Positions 1 through 17,241 of a DNA stretch of 64,000 nucleotides are shown here, one piece after another (positions within the stretch are counted from its first letter, which is position 1; every line of letters begins with the position of its first letter). The DNA lies in NCBI RefSeq assembly GCF_009914755.1, contig NC_060938.1; one strand, 5' to 3'. The stretch comes from the human T2T-CHM13v2.0 reference genome, Homo sapiens. Below the pieces are notes generated by a model, which searched no databases, was not told the origin of the DNA, and was given only the letters and a program-made list of their open reading frames with translations. The position numbers and the translations under genes were made by a program.

Positions 1-203
1 CTCTCTGTTGTCTTTGGTAGGCTGTGGGTTTTTCCGAAGCACGTACTATCTTCTAACATATTATAGAACTTACTTGTTCTACTGTATACTGTCTTTACCC
101 CTCAAGAATGTAAACTCCCAGAAGGCAGGGATTTTCGCCTATTTTGTTCAGTGGTGTATCTCCAGTGCCTAAAACATTGCCTGGCAATACACATTTATTG
201 AAC
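1..203 (+). mobile_element. L2 LINE 3' end fragment
   Basis: gaatgtaaactccc..ggcagggatttt..gtatctccagtgccta..atttattgaa resembles the L2 3' consensus. Confidence 0.65.
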
Positions 204-992
204 TGCTGGATTTAATTAACTACTTTGATATATGGTCCTAAAGATTCCTGTGCTACCAAAGTTGCTACTCAGTGGAGCTTCCTGGTGTGGCATGTTAGAG
301 AAGAGACCAGAAAAACAGACATTTCACTTGCTGTCAGGTAGTGAAGGAGCTGTGGCTGCTTGGGCACAGTCATTACTGTTTATTCCACTGTGCTGCACAT
401 CTTGAAGCTGTAAAGATATAAGAAGTCTCGCACAGCCGGGGTTCAGCTTACAATCCTTCGCACCTAATTGTACGCCTTTGTGTGAGGGTTTGGAGGAGTC
501 TCCAGGAACACCTGGTGTTTCCTTTCTCACAGGTATTTCCAGTCCTCACGGGCAAGTCAGAGAGTCCCAGAGGCAATTGAACAAGCCCTCAGAGATCACG
601 TAGTCCGTTCACTCTCCATGGGAACCCGCACTTCCCTAGAGACCTGTAGCCAAATCATTTGGAGAGCTTCTGAAGCTTCTCTGCCTTCCTCTGTCTCAAA
701 GAATCCCATGTGCCTCTAGTTGAGAAACATTCCTCTGGAGATTCTAGGTTATTCTCATGAGAATGTTACGATACTCAGGTGGGCTGGGGCAGAAAATGGA
801 TGAGAACTAGTATAGTCCAATGGCTTTGCTTTGGTAACTGAACCCACAGAGGAGGAAAATAACAACAGCTCAGCTTTTCTCAGTGTTATACACCAACCAT
901 TACGCTAGTTACATGATATACATACTATTTAATTCTCATCCTTTGAGGTCTGGTATCACTATTGCCACTTTACAGATAAGAAAACAAGGGTT

Positions 993-1401
<409 letters not shown>

Positions 1402-2373
1402 TCAAAATCTGCCCTCTCAGCTTTAACTTCTCAAAGCTAAACTTGTCCCAATTTGCAGAGTCAAGGGTAGAATCGAGGCCCTCCTGATCTCTATTTTGCA
1501 GTCTCCGTCATTCTGTGCTGTTAATACCACAAGAGACAAAAGAGACCTCGTCTGTCCTGTAGCACCCCGTGCCTGCGTGCGTATCTCTTGTCGATGCTCT
1601 GTCGGCTCAGGATCTCTCCTACCAGCCTAGAGCTCTTTCAGAGCAGGACGCTTGTGTTATGCATTCATGTTTGTCCCTGTGCCTAGTAAATAGCACAGAG
1701 TCCAAGTGGCTACTTGTGTCTTCAGGGGTGTTTGTAAGGGCAGAGCCGGGGTCTTCATTCCCAGGCTGTTGATTCATCCTTGGAGCTGAACATACTGTCC
1801 CAATCCTTGGCCCAAGCCAGGCCTCTACAGTTGTCCCAAGGCTGTGCTAAAACCTGTTCCACTTCACAAGTGATCAGAGTCACAGACTCTGGGGACACAA
1901 ATTTTGAGATGAAGACACAGAGCAAAATATATAAATGTTTTTGAGGTTTGAGTAGCCTTAACGTCCACGTGGCTGTCAGATGGCTCCCCAAAGAAAGGGC
2001 TACGCCGGTGGCCTTGAAAGAGTATGGGAGATGCATATGAGACAGGGTCAGTCTAGGAATGTCAGACTCCCCCAACAGTTGGTTGGAGTGTTTTTCCAGA
2101 TTGCACCAGACTTCACAGAGTAATGGAGACCAGCTGTCCAGGCATCTGAGAGGGTGACATCCAAGGAGAAAAGGCAAACGTCTTGATTGCCCATGATGTG
2201 GGCAACCAATTTGGATAGAAAAGAAGGTGTCAGGGTTTAACACTGAATGTAGACTTTATTTACCCAAAGCCTTTCTTTAATTCTAACACTCTCAAAAATG
2301 GGGCTCAGTCACCATTTGGGTTTCCCATGTTAATATGCAGAGAGCTAATTCATTGTCTTTCATTGCTGTAATG

Positions 2374-2710
2374 CAGCAGTTCTCAAAATGTACTCCAGAG
2401 ATTGACCCTCCTAGGAGTCTGTAGATCAGAACTGTATTTATAATATTACTAAGACATCATTTGCCATTTCAGCTCTTGTCTCATGAATTCATGGTGGAAT
2501 TTTCCAGAGCTATGTGATGTTTTGACATCATCACTGTGGCAGCTAATGAAATGTCTGCTTGTATATTCTTGTGTTTTAAAAAATTATTAGTTTTAATTTC
2601 AAATAAGGTGAATATGGATAGACTTAACCTACATAAAACAGAAGCTTTTTGGCATCCTCAATAATTGAGTGTAAAGGGGTTCTCTTGACCAAAAAAGTTT
2701 GAGAACTATG
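2374..2710. mobile_element. hAT-Charlie (Charlie1-like) internally deleted DNA transposon
   Basis: TIR-like ends cagcagttctcaaa ... tttgagaactatg. Internal motifs resemble Charlie1. Confidence 0.7.
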
Positions 2711-2749
2711 TGTGTAAAATAGTCAGTTGTATGGCTGCACTACAGACAG

Positions 2750-3855
2750 CAAGCATGGAATTGAAAATACCACCTGCAAGGTGGCGGTTCCCCCTGGTAG
2801 AGAGGAGGGGCTCTGGGTCTGGGAGGAGGATGCAGGCGTCACTTGAACTAAACAGCTTTATGACTTGCTGTCAGATTTCCTAGACTGTGTGGTGGGATCG
2901 TGGGAACCTACTTCTCACAGGCCTGAAATACTTCACAATAAACATTTTAAGTCTACTTCATAGCATGAAACCTGTTTCACACCTGTGCCCATTAAGAAAA
3001 AAAAATGGCACCCTATAAATGATTTAATAATTACTAAGGGGAAAATATAGCTTTCCATTGGAGATCTGGCAGTCACCTCTTAACCAACCTACAGTCTACA
3101 TTCAGTTGGCCTGAATTCTTCACACACACAACATCTTTATCAATGAAAAATTTTTAAATAGTTTCACATCCTAGCTTAGCTTGAAAGGGAGTAAGCAGAC
3201 GGCTCGATCAAATGTAATCCATGAGCAGATCCTACATCCCAAAAAATCAGAAACATTTTGTAAAAATTGGGTAACTTTTTTGTTGTTGTTGCATCGGAGT
3301 CTCCCTCTGTCGCTCAGGCTGGAGTGCATTGGAGCTATCTCCGCTCAGTGCATCCTACACCTCCCTGTGCCTCCTGGGTTCAAGCAGTTCTCCTGCCTCA
3401 GCCTCCCGAGTAGCTGGGACTACAGGCATGCGCCACTACACCTGGCTAATTTTTGTATTTTTAGTAGAGATGGGGTTTCACTATGTTGGCCAGGCTGATC
3501 TCGAACTCCTGACCTCAGGTGATCCACCTGCTTTGGCCTCCCAAAGTGCTGGGATTACATGGGTAAGTTTTAGTATGGACTCTGTATTAGATTTTTAGTA
3601 AAGTGTTGATTTTCTTTGTTGTAACAATGGTATTTAAGTTATATATTAGAATATCCTTATATTAAAGAAATGTATGCTCAGGTCCCTAGGACTGAAGTAT
3701 CATGGTATCTGCAGCTGACTTTCAAATGGCTCAGGGGAAAGACAGAGATAACTCACATGTGGCAAATGTTAACCATGGGCAGGTTTAGTGAAAGGTAAAA
3801 GAGTGTCCCTTACATGTTCCTGTAGGTTTGAAATTTTTCAGATTAAAAAGTTGGA
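2750..3855 (+). mobile_element. Degraded old L1 (L1M) 3' fragments interrupted by an Alu
   Basis: The segment ggtatctgcagctgactttcaaatggctcag..gtggcaaatgttaac..gtaggtttgaaatttttca is typical of L1M 3' ends. Confidence 0.55.
3276..3560 (-). mobile_element. AluS, slightly 5'-truncated
   Basis: Antisense Alu body. TSD gggtaa(c/g)tttt on both sides. Confidence 0.92.
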
Positions 3856-3869
3856 GTGAAAAACAGCTT

Positions 3870-4130
3870 CAAAGCAGGAAGTAAAAGTTGGAGCTGGGTT
3901 TTGCTGCGTCGCCAGGTGGAGCAGAAGAGCCTTACTGCACGGCGGAGCGTCAGGTTGCTGTCTAGTCCAGGCTCTGCCGCGGATCAGCCATGGGCGTTGG
4001 GCAGGTTACTTCCCTCTCCAGGCGTGTTTCCTAAGAAAATCACTGCAGAATGTTTTTCAGTTCTGATGCGGCTGTGATTTCAAGCGTCTCTGTTTCTCGG
4101 TCACTGAATTGGGACATGGCAACGTGGGTG
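3870..4130. promoter_or_regulatory. Candidate intron-1 regulatory element: CpG-retaining patch with ETS (caggaagt) and CTCF-like (tcgccaggtggagca) motifs
   Basis: Locally raised CpG and motif matches only. Confidence 0.4.
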
Positions 4131-4355
4131 TGCTTCCTCATTCCCCTGGGTAGGTGTTGAGAAGTGATGAGGCCCCAGGGTGATGACTGAGGTCCCCCCA
4201 CCCACCACTCTGCCTTTGCTGACACTCTTCCCTCTGCTTGAAATGGTTCTTTGTTTCCTCTTGAAAAGTCTTGCTTCCCCTTCATGACAACATCCCTTGG
4301 GTCCCCTGGGCAGAACTAAATGCCCTCCTCTTGTGACACTTTGCACGTACAGCAC

Positions 4356-4807
<452 letters not shown>

Positions 4808-5051
4808 TAAAAGCCAGCAGTTATTCAAAGATATTTGTTGAGAAACCACTAGGGCCCAGTTACTAGAGCTACCGAGATGAACACTACTTTAAAAACCAAA
4901 CCAAACAACCTGCCTCATGGAGGCACTTGCCCCTCAGTTCAGTGGCAAGTATGGTAAGTGTTCTGCAGAAAAGCTAAGCAGCTGAGGGGAGCGGCAGGGG
5001 CCCGAGGGTGTGCATTAGCATTCTCTTCAGTGGGTTCAGGGAGTCACCCCC

Positions 5052-5078
5052 GGGGGCGGTGGGGGCGGGGGGTCGGGG
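5052..5078 (+). other. Potential G-quadruplex / GC-box cluster GGGGGcggtGGGGGcGGGGGGtcGGGG
   Basis: Four G-runs of 4 or more with short loops. Confidence 0.6.
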
Positions 5079-7459
5079 AGCAGTGTGAGTAGAGGCTAGA
5101 GGAAAGCACAGGAGCAAATCAGGGCCCGGAAACTGATTTCCCAACAGCCAGGGCTCAGGAGCGGGCCCTCAGTGACCTCCACAGTTGATCTGGGCCATTC
5201 CACAGACAGGACCCGACAGCCTGCTCCCACTTGGTGAGGCCTGAGGCAATTCTCCAGGCCACAGTGAGGAACCTGCCACCTTGTTTTTCTCGTTAGAAGT
5301 TAAAAGAGTAGTAGGTGATAATGACAGCTCTCCATGTGGACACGGAAGGCAGTTTCATGTAGATTCCACCCTAAGTCTTGCCTCATATGGATTTGCTGTT
5401 CATTCCAGCCAACATTGTCCTTTTTCAAGATAGTATCTGCTGGGTGCTAATCATGTTTAGTAAACTGCTCTCCTGTTTATTTCATCAGCCTTATTTGATC
5501 TCCAGCAAAGGTAAAAGAAAATGCAAAAAGATGATTCTACTTGTTTTACAGAGCTGTAAACTTACCTCCCTGAAGTCTTGTTGCTGGCAAACAATAGAGC
5601 CAGACCTGGGGCAGAGCTGGAGCTGTTGTCCACAGTGTTCTCACTTCCCCGCGCTGACTCCATGGTGAGGGCTGGCCTTAACTCTCTGTACCCAGCCTTG
5701 CTTCCCAGCACAGCACTGCTTCCTGGTGGGCACCAGCCAGCCAGACTTTCTCTAAAGTACTCTCTCTCTGTCTGCCCCTCTCCACCTTGGGAAAGACAGT
5801 GGTCAGAAAAGGGGCAGTCCAGAGAAGAGCCAAGCCATGCGGTGTCATGGCAGCCAAGGGAGAAGTTTCACACAGGAGGCGAGGAGGGCAAGAAGGAGGG
5901 CAAGAAGTCTGTGGCAAGAGCAGAATGGCGAGGCTGGGGCAGGCTGAGGGGAGACAGGGTGGGGCTGCCTGTGGGCAGAGGGGAGTTCATAGTGTGAGAG
6001 AGTTCTCCGAGAGCTGGAAGGAGAGGCCTCCAGATGGCAGGAGGCAGGGTCCTGTCCAGCAGTGTCTCTGACTTGACTCCCTGTGTGACTTGGGGGAGCC
6101 ACACAATGAGAAGTGGGAATAAATGTGATAATGACCTCGTGATGGTGGTTTGAGCATTGTGTGAAGTCAGGTGAAGATGTCACCTATGTTACCAGAGCCA
6201 AGCTGCATGGCTGCAGGGGCTCTTCTGAACTAGCAAGTGATGTGCTTCAGAGAGAGACTGGAATTTGGCAAAGGAGAAAGCCCCTGTCTCCTCCTGTGTG
6301 CCGGGCCTTGTCTTGGGGCTCTGTGGGTAGACCCCAGCTCTGCTCTGCACTGGAGTGCCCAGACAGGTCTGTGTGAGCACCTCAGTGTGGGCTGCTCCGC
6401 TCCCATCCAGGAGGCTCCTTACTGATGGTTCTCAGCCCAGCTTTTAAGATTCACTTTTGTTGCTTGTATGTTGAAGGTAAACAAGTCAGGACTTTACAAA
6501 CTGCCTCAGTCTGGCTGTGTTTCTGCCTAGCTTTGGGAACATTTATTTATGGCCACTTCTCTCTAGCCCCCGACCCTTCACTACTCACCCCTTATTAACA
6601 CACTTGGCAGCTGCAGAGCCCGGGCCAGAGGCACCAGGCTACACTGAGGACGATGGCTCACTGAGGAAGGGTATCTGAACTCAGACATGGGCCTGTTCTC
6701 CAGAAGCCCACAGTCTCAGGAAGAAGATAGTTTGAAGTGGCTGTCCTGACGGCTTGAAAGTAATCAGAGGCATGTGGCACCTTGGGGTGGGGTTTGGGGG
6801 GCAGAGACATATACCTACTGAGCGTAAGGAATGTACCCAGCATGGTACTGGTCACCCTCATGTCTTGCCTGTTAATCACCATAGAAGTAGACCATGCTAT
6901 TTTTATCAGCTCCGGTTTACAGACAATAACTCCTCCTACAAAGCCTGATGTTCTCCCTTCCCATTCTCATACACCCATTTTGCAGTGATCTGTTTTTCTT
7001 GATAGATTGTAATCTCCTTCAGAGCTGAGCCATATGCCTGTTAGTAGTTATTAAATGAATGGGAATGGGTGGATAGGTGTGTTTTGAAAGCAATGACAAT
7101 GTGAGCTTTGAGAAAAGGTAAGATTCAAACCTCTGGATGTAGGAAAAAGAAATCATCTTGGGCAGGAGAAATATCTCTTCCTAATTACTTGAGGAGTAGC
7201 AGAAAAGACATCTTAATTGGCCCAATGTCATGGGGATGCTTTCGCTGCCATTCCTGGCTTTACCACCAGGCTGCTGGTTGGGCTATGTGATCAGACGGGT
7301 CCTTCCTCGCTGAAATGTGCTGGGCCGTTTGTGGGCAGCCTCAGGTCCAGCAGAGCAAGAAGGGAAGTTCCCTGGGACCAGCAGAGTCATCTACACTGTG
7401 GTCTTGGACCTCTAGAGGGCAACAGATAGGAAGAGAACTGTGGCCTAAGTCCTCACTCT

Positions 7460-8640
7460 ACATAGGGAGAAGTCTGCCTAAAAGAAATGGCCCCTGCCCT
7501 GGAGGCGTTCAGTGGTGTGCAGAGGGACCTAGCATAGACATTGCTGCAGTAAGTGCTGTGATGGTAGGCACAGGACCATGATAATAGGGATAATAAGGCT
7601 CAGAGAAGGACCATCTAACTCAGCCTGGGGCTTCAGGGAAGATTTTCTAAAAGAGGTAACAGATATTCCAAGTCTTTATGGATGAGTACAAATTAGTGGG
7701 TCGGCTTGGGTCAGCTCGGCTCGGCTGAGAAAAGTATCCCAGGCAGAGGAAGTGGCCTGAGCCACAGCAGAGGCCACAGAGTGCGGGGGGTGGAGTGTTA
7801 GGGGCCTGTGTGCATTTCCACAAGACTAAGCCAAGGGTTGGGTCGGCTGTGGACACTTTGGCAAGGGCTACAATGTGAAGGCCCCTGAGTTGCCTGCCCC
7901 AGAGCTGGGATTATATTGCGTAATAACGATGACTCCCTTCCTCATGCCACATGGGGTCAGGTGCTGCTCCAAGTGCTTACACATGTTAAGTCTTAATTCT
8001 CCAGACAACCCTATAAAGAAGATGAGGAAAGAGGAAAGATATGGGTAGATAAAGGAGGATAAGCTATAGATAGATAAACTGGGGAACACAGAAGTTTTGT
8101 ATGAGGTCATATAGCTGGTAAGTGGCAGAGCTCCCAATGAGGGAAGAGGCTCAGTCAGTTTGCCTTTGAGGAAGGTCTCTCTGGTGACATTGCAATTGAA
8201 GGGTTGGGGGTGTGAGACTTCAACCAGAGGCGGGGGAACAGCTAGGAGGCTGTGGTCTAAAATAAATAACAAGGGCTGGGACTGGCAGCAAGGAGGGAGA
8301 GAAAGGGCCAGATCCAAAAGATGTTTAAGAAATAGAACAGATGGCCATTGGGCCATGGAGGGTGAAGCACAAAAAAGCATCTGAAATGGCCTTCAGGTTT
8401 CAGACTCAGGGGACTGGGTAGGTGTTGCTTCCATTCCTTGAAATGGGAAACAGTGAAAAGAATACTTTCTCTCTTAAGCATGTTAAATTGTGAGGTCTCT
8501 AAGTTATGTCCAACAGTTAGAAATATGGCTCCACATTTTAGAAGAAAGGACAGGACTGGAGAGCCATCGACATGGGATTTATCAGTGTATTGGTGCTCGT
8601 GTAAACCCTGGCATGGATGACAGAGCCCATGAGGAGACGT
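7460..8640 (-). mobile_element. L2 fragments with an embedded MIR (about 7950-8150)
   Basis: Antisense L2-like tracts (cagcctggggcttcagggaag.., ggactggcagc..gagaaaggg..agatccaaaagatgtt). Confidence 0.55.
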
Positions 8641-8648
8641 GAAAGCGA

Positions 8649-9147
<499 letters not shown>

Positions 9148-9789
9148 GCATAGAGTAAAATGAGAAGAAATTCCACATAGTTCACGTTGGTTTTAAAATC
9201 TGTTTTGGAGAGCAAACCCATTTAAGAACATGGTAAATGCATTTCTAGAAGCAGCATGCACGCACACTTTTGCAGATAATTTTGGAGGTTTCTCAGACTC
9301 TTCAAGCCTTTCCCTGGACCCGGGATTAAAAACACTTGACATAAAAGATAAGTAGAAAGGAAACCTGTGAAGGAGGCTGAGCAGGAATCACAGAGAGCGA
9401 AGTGGAATGCCAGGAGAATTGGAAGGCTGGGGATTAAGGAGGAGAGGTTTTCAGAATGAGGACATAGCAGTGCCTGGCTCACTAATGGGCCCAGTGACTC
9501 GAGAGCCGGAAAGCACACATTGGAGCTGGAAGTGGAAAGGCAGTAACCTTGTCTGGGCTTATTTAAGTGTATTCTCAGGGCCAGGGGCCAGGTTCCAATG
9601 GGGGCTTGGAGAGTGACGGCAGGGTGGGGGTGGGGCAGGGTAAGGAAATGGAGAGAGCAAGTGACAAGACGAGCTGGGTGGGGAACAGCAGGAAGTAGGG
9701 AGTGAAGTCCAGTCGTATCAGCTGGCGGGGTGCTTGTTAGGTGCCCACCCTTGCGATGGTTATGTGGTGAAAGATAAAGGAGTTCCCAG

Positions 9790-9899
9790 CAGGGCAGCTC
9801 ACTCACCCTGGTTTGCCCGGGATTATCCCAGTTTTAGTGCCGAATGCCTACCTCCTAGGAAACCCTTCTGTTATGGGCAAATGCTGGTTCACAGTCCTA
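9790..9899. mobile_element. MER81-like hAT-Blackjack MITE
   Basis: ccctggtttgcccgggattatcccagttttag..ggaaaccc..gggcaaa resembles the MER81 consensus. Confidence 0.65.
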
Positions 9900-11177
9900 C
9901 TGGGAAGAAAAAATTGGCCCTCAAGACAGAGTATGAAGAGTTGTTCTGTCCAAAAGGAGCTCCCAAGTCTGAGCATTAAGGCTGAGCAGGACCACCATGC
10001 CAGTCCCAGGGAGAGAGAGTGAGGCCTTGGCCGCCTGCTTTCCAGGAAGGAGGAGTGTGGCTCCTAGGCTGACACTCCAGAGGAGCAGAAGAGGGCAGCC
10101 TGTACCTTCCCAGAGGCCTCCCTCTGGAGGAGCGGGTCTTTCTCCGCAGGCCTGGGCCCAGGCAGAGCTGAGATGCACCTTTAGAGGCAGCAGACAGGGC
10201 TGAGCCTCGCTTTGCACAGGAGCCCACCCGCAGAGCTGTGGTTTCCTGACTCGCCCATCCCAGGCTGTTGTGAGAGAGAAGGCTGATGGTAATCTGTGAC
10301 AGATGCTTTTGCTTGGCAGTTACACTTTTTCTGAGAATAAATGGAGAGGATTGTGAGTAGAATGTTCCCACGGGCACACAATCATAAATGCACTGTTTTT
10401 CCCACAGTCAGGGTCATTTGTTTAACAATTATTCATGTCTACAGCATACAGGGACTGGCTTTACCAAGGGGAAAACAAAACAGTTCCTGCCTTCAAGGAG
10501 CTCACAGGCTGGTGGTGCAGACACCTCAGCAGATTCGGAGAGGCAGGACAAACTGAAAAGCGCTCTGGCAGAGGGAGAAGCAAGCATGGGGCTGCAGGAG
10601 CCAGCCTCTCTCTGGACAGGTCTACATCCTGTGCTTTTTCCAAGTTCAACCCTGCACTCACATTTCCCAAAAAACCTCTTGTGGTTAGCCTCGTTCCTCC
10701 CTGTGGACCTTCCTTTTTCCCTTACTTTATGAATTTACACTCTGTCCTTCAAGGAAATAACAGGGCTAGGATGGCGTGTCTGTGTAAGCCCATGAGAATT
10801 TCAGAAACCTTGTTCCCAGCCACACAGGGAGTGGGGGAGCAAGAGTCCAGGGGCACAGAGCCTGAACTTTTCCAGAAGGATTAGAGAGTGACAGCCCGAG
10901 ATTGACTTCGGGCTGTCATCACGGAGGGCCGTGCTGCAAGATTTTTTCTGCATCCTCCTGAGTAGCTGGGACTACAGGCATGTTCCATCACACCCAGCTG
11001 CCTATGTAATAGTTTTATCTTGAAATGCATTACTGATTTCCTACATCAGGTCCTGGAAGGTCTATGATTAGGTTTCAGAACTACATGCAGAAAATTTGGG
11101 ATGTGTTTTGCTTTTTTTTTTTTTTCTCTTCAGTGAGAGATTTCAACAGACATTCAAAAATGGTCTATGATATACAG

Positions 11178-11372
11178 CAGGGGTGTCCGATCTTTTGGCT
11201 TCCCTGGGCCACATTGGAAGAATTGTCTTGGGCCACACATAAAATACACTAACATTAACAATAGCTGATGAGCTTTTAAAAAAATCTCATAATATTTTAA
11301 GAAAGTTTACAAATTTGGGCTGCATTCAAAGCTGTCCTGGGCCACATGCGGCCCACAGCTTGGACAGGCTTG
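11178..11372 (+). mobile_element. MER30 (hAT-Charlie)
   Basis: caggggtgtcc.atcttttggcttccctgggccacattggaagaa ... ttggacaggcttg matches the MER30 ends. Confidence 0.85.
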
Positions 11373-12037
11373 GTGTATGATCTAAAAAAATTAACTGCTG
11401 AAGCAGCGACAGGACAAAGATTGTGGCTTTTCCCATCTTCCCTGCTGTGCCCTGCCCCATGCTGGGCTCATGGACAGAGCTCAGCGAGTACTCAGCGCTT
11501 GTCTGAGGGAGCTCTTGAGGTCAGACTCACCTTGTACAGATGAGGAAACTGAGGCCTAGAGTCACATGGTCTTTCTCCTATAAGTGATAGAAGTGCAGTC
11601 TGAAGCTTTAAGAGTTTAGGTCTTGCATGACACACGGAGGGAAATTACAGGTGCAGATTATATGGGCCCCACAAATACATGTACGAAGGCCCAAAATGAC
11701 AGGGGAATTGGACTGCTTGTTTGAAAAGAGCCTTCCCCCAAGAGAGAAATTCTAGTTATACCTACAGCTCAGAGATGCCTGTTAGATCCCAGGGGGGAAA
11801 GAAGTCCACCAACCTGGTAACTTAACACCATGCAGAACAAACCAGTGTGTTTTGACTGATTTCACTCCCCAACTAATCAACAGATTGTTTTGATCATATA
11901 AAAGAAGCCTGTGAGACTTGAAGACCTCATGGGAACCATTTAGTAAATGAAATTTCATATGTATATGTTTTTTAAAAAGTTCATTCATTTATTCAATAAA
12001 TAATTTAAGAAAATATTTGCCTATCAAATTTCCTTAT

Positions 12038-12190
12038 AGCTAGGCACGGTAGCTCATGCCAGTAATCCCAGCACTTCGAGAGACCAAAGAGACCAAGATG
12101 GGAGGATCACTTGAGCCCAGGAGTTTGAGATCAGTCTGGGCAACATAGCGAAACCCTGTCTCTACAATAACAATAATAATAATACAAAAT
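12038..12190 (+). mobile_element. Alu left monomer / FLAM
   Basis: Single monomer with an (aat)n tail. Confidence 0.85.
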
Positions 12191-12865
12191 TAGATTTCCT
12201 CAAGGGATAGATGATTTGGACAAATTAAATTTATGATGCCTAGGGAGGGTGTGTATGATACAGAGTTTGAGTATTTATCCAGGTGAAGATGTCGAGAAGG
12301 CAAGTCAATATATATTGCTCAGAGGCAATGTCGAGGTTAGATAGCAATCGAGATTTTATTAAAACAAAAAATTTCAAAGGTATAATAAGCCCAAATTAGC
12401 AAAACAAATCTTAAGTAGAATAAATGTGTGTATTTTCTTGCATTTAGGTTTTGTTAGTAGCAATAAAATAAGAGACAAACCAATACTATTCAAAGGGTGG
12501 GGGGAAACCAGGAGTTTTGGTTAACCACAAGTTTAATTTGAACCTAAAGTATTAACAACAGCAAAAAAAAAAAAAAAAAGGAATCTGTAGCTATAATTAC
12601 AAGAAGAAAAATGGTTATTGGTCTTCAGGCATCTAGTGGCAAGCACAGTGCTTTATTTATGCCATCTCTGTAACTCCCCTAAAAGGTGTGTGTGATACCC
12701 CAGGTATGCTTCACCCCCACCTAGTGCTAGCGGTTCTCTACGTGCCGTGCAGTTCTTTACTCCCTGCCTCTGCTCAGCTGCCTGTCTCTTCCTCCTAGAA
12801 CCCCACATCCCCTTCCTGAATTCATCTTAAAACCCACACAGCGTTTGCTTCAGAAAGCCTCCCCA

Positions 12866-13254
<389 letters not shown>

Positions 13255-15055
13255 TTATAATTACTCATCTGACTGCCTTACTAGCTGTGAGCTCACTGAG
13301 GGCAGGTACTGTTCTACCCATCTCTCTTTCATTAATGTTTTTTGACTCACTACCATCTACTGGTCAGACTAAGCCTGGAATATTGTGCCCAGTTTTAGGA
13401 CCCAGACTGATTAGTTACTGGGATGGCGAGGGGACTGGTAGCTTTGTCGTGTGGCTGATGGAAGGAAGCGCTCTTCCTTCAGCTATCCGGTGGGTTGTCA
13501 CAGGCTCTGCAGAGCACCCTGTGTGACTCTGGAGAGAAGCGAGTGGCATGTCACTCAGAACAAGGAGGGGTTGTCTAAATTAAAACCATTTACAACCAAC
13601 GGGTTGCTTTGGAGAGTAGTAAGTTAAGTTTCCCATCACCCAAAGCTCAGTGTGGACTTGTGAGGGCAGCTTCATTGGACACAAAAGTGGATTAGTGTCT
13701 ATAGTTCTTTTCAGCTCTGAGATTATTTAGTGAGCATTTATTAGGCACCTGCTCTGTGCCAGGTTCTGACACAGGTCAAAAGTCTGCGAAAGGAGAAAGG
13801 CCAGGAAGGATGGACTAGAAGCATCTCAGACCACATCACAGTGCTGAGAACATTTGGGCCAGGCTGATAGGGTGTCCCCAAACCAAGGCTTCCCCCACAG
13901 AAGAGTCCTGTGTTGGGCAGGAATGGGCTGGCACTGGTGCCCCTGCCACATTCAGTCAGCGGCTGGGAGCAGCATGGCCTCTGTGCACCAGCTCTGCTCC
14001 CATAGCAGGTTCTCCTGCAGGGGAACTGAAGGGCGTGCTTCCATGGCTGCCACACAGGGACTCTAGAAAGCATTGCCCCTCACACAGCACCTTCCCAGAG
14101 TGCTCCCCCAGAATCATCTCAAGGGCTCTGTGGTCACCTTCCAGCAAATGGTAGAGCTGGGCACCAACTCAGATCCCTCTGATTTAATAAAACCCATGTT
14201 TTGTTAACCAAGACCATGCTGCATCTCAGGATCTCTCCTAGCTCCTGAGACAGCATCCAGAACACACACCTACTTGTCGACTGTCACAGTTAGCAACTGA
14301 GTGTACCAGAAGCAGTAAGTGCCAGAATTCAGCCCATCACTTGATTTATGGTTCATTTACATTGGGATAGAACTGTGATTTGACCCAACGTCTGTCTGGT
14401 TCTGTGTACAGTTTACTCTATCTTTTTTTTCTGGAGACAGTCTTACACTGTCACCCAGGCTGGAGTGCGGTGGCACAATCACAATTCCCTCTTTAAAAAA
14501 AAAAAAGAAATAAACGAGTATTGCTTTTTTAAATTTGGGAATTCTAATATGCTAGAGAAGATGTTAAAGATTATTAGGTTTATGAAGAGCCAGTGGGCTC
14601 CGAGAGACTTCCCCTGAATACCGTGGCAGGAGTTTTAGTGTATTAATTTTAGTAATGACTATTTTATCCTTTCAGGGGCTTCTCCCCTGCTTCTCTGTCA
14701 TACTTTGAACAAATGAGGTTGCTTTACTACGTAAATGTCTTCAGCAAAGTATGGTGCAGCCATCTATTTATTTTGATTTATGTTGCATTTTTCTTTAGAT
14801 CACCAAAATACTTCATTGCCTACATAGCTTATCTGATGCTACCCTAGCATAATACCATAAATGAAGCATTTTGTTGGATGTTGCAAAGAATATTATCTAT
14901 GTCATATGCTCTAGAGTCAGACAGAAGTGGTTGGAAATCCCCAGTGTAATCACTGAATACGTGTATGAACTTGTATACATCTTTGCAAGTCTCTGAGCCA
15001 CTTTTTTCTCATCTAAAAAAATGGAGAATGGAGGTAATAAATAGCTGCTTCATAA

Positions 15056-15392
<337 letters not shown>

Positions 15393-15519
15393 ACATTCTC
15401 TTGTTTAATACAGTACATGGAATGTTGTGAACAGTTGGCAAATTATAATTGTAATTCCTTTCTTATTCAAGCAACTTCTCCCCTGAAAACAAAGTTGTGA
15501 GTCTTTTCCAAGCTGTTGA

Positions 15520-16056
<537 letters not shown>

Positions 16057-16893
16057 TAGTTCAAAGTATGACACCTTAAGCACACTGTTTCCTGGATTTC
16101 ACTTTTTACCTATGTCATATGGAGACAGTAATCCGCACCCTGCCTATTTCACTGTGTTATTGTCAGATTAAAATAAATAATAGATGTGGGAAAGCTTTGA
16201 AAAAATAATATTGCAAAAATGTGTTCATCTTATTCATATGTAAGGTAGCTATTAAGATTTGGGGTTCATCAACCTTCTAAGTCTTACTTTAGAAAGAGTA
16301 TCAAGATGGTTTGGAGAACCTGGGGTCATTTCTCTCCCTAATAGTTCAACCTAGGCAAATCAGATAAGATAGTTTGTGAGTGTACCTGGTAAATACCTAC
16401 ATAAATATGAGGGAACAATCATGTCCACCTGTGTCATGAATAGTCATATACACGTAATTAATGGCAAAATAGTCTGATGTGACATGGACTAAAATAGGGA
16501 CATGGAGAAATAGGCTGGGCGACTTAACCACAGTGACTTTGGTTAGTTCGGTGCTCTCCCTCCAACTCTCTTCTTATAGATTGACAAGAGCATTTATAGC
16601 AGTGAATTTAACAGATCTGTGATTATAGCATTTGTGAAAAAGTCTATATAAACAGCATCTTGTGGCAGCCTTTGTGGGTCAAGCTTCAGCTAAGTTGAGC
16701 AGCAGGTTAGCTGCTATCTTGGAAAGAATCAGCGATCGGAAGAGAGAGAACAGAAACTCTGGGTTCTGTTTTTAGTGTGTTGCCTGTTGATTGGGTTTTT
16801 GCTTTAATCGAAATAGCCCTATTAAGTTTCATGATGCTCATGGCTAACAGAGACATCTCTACCCCAGGACCCCTGATAAAAGGTAGTCTTTCT

Positions 16894-17241
<348 letters not shown>

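Noticed and set aside
10495-10510. aaggagctcacag, matching the 5' end of miR-28-5p
   Set aside because: Ordinary antisense L2 3'-end remnant with no opposing arm.
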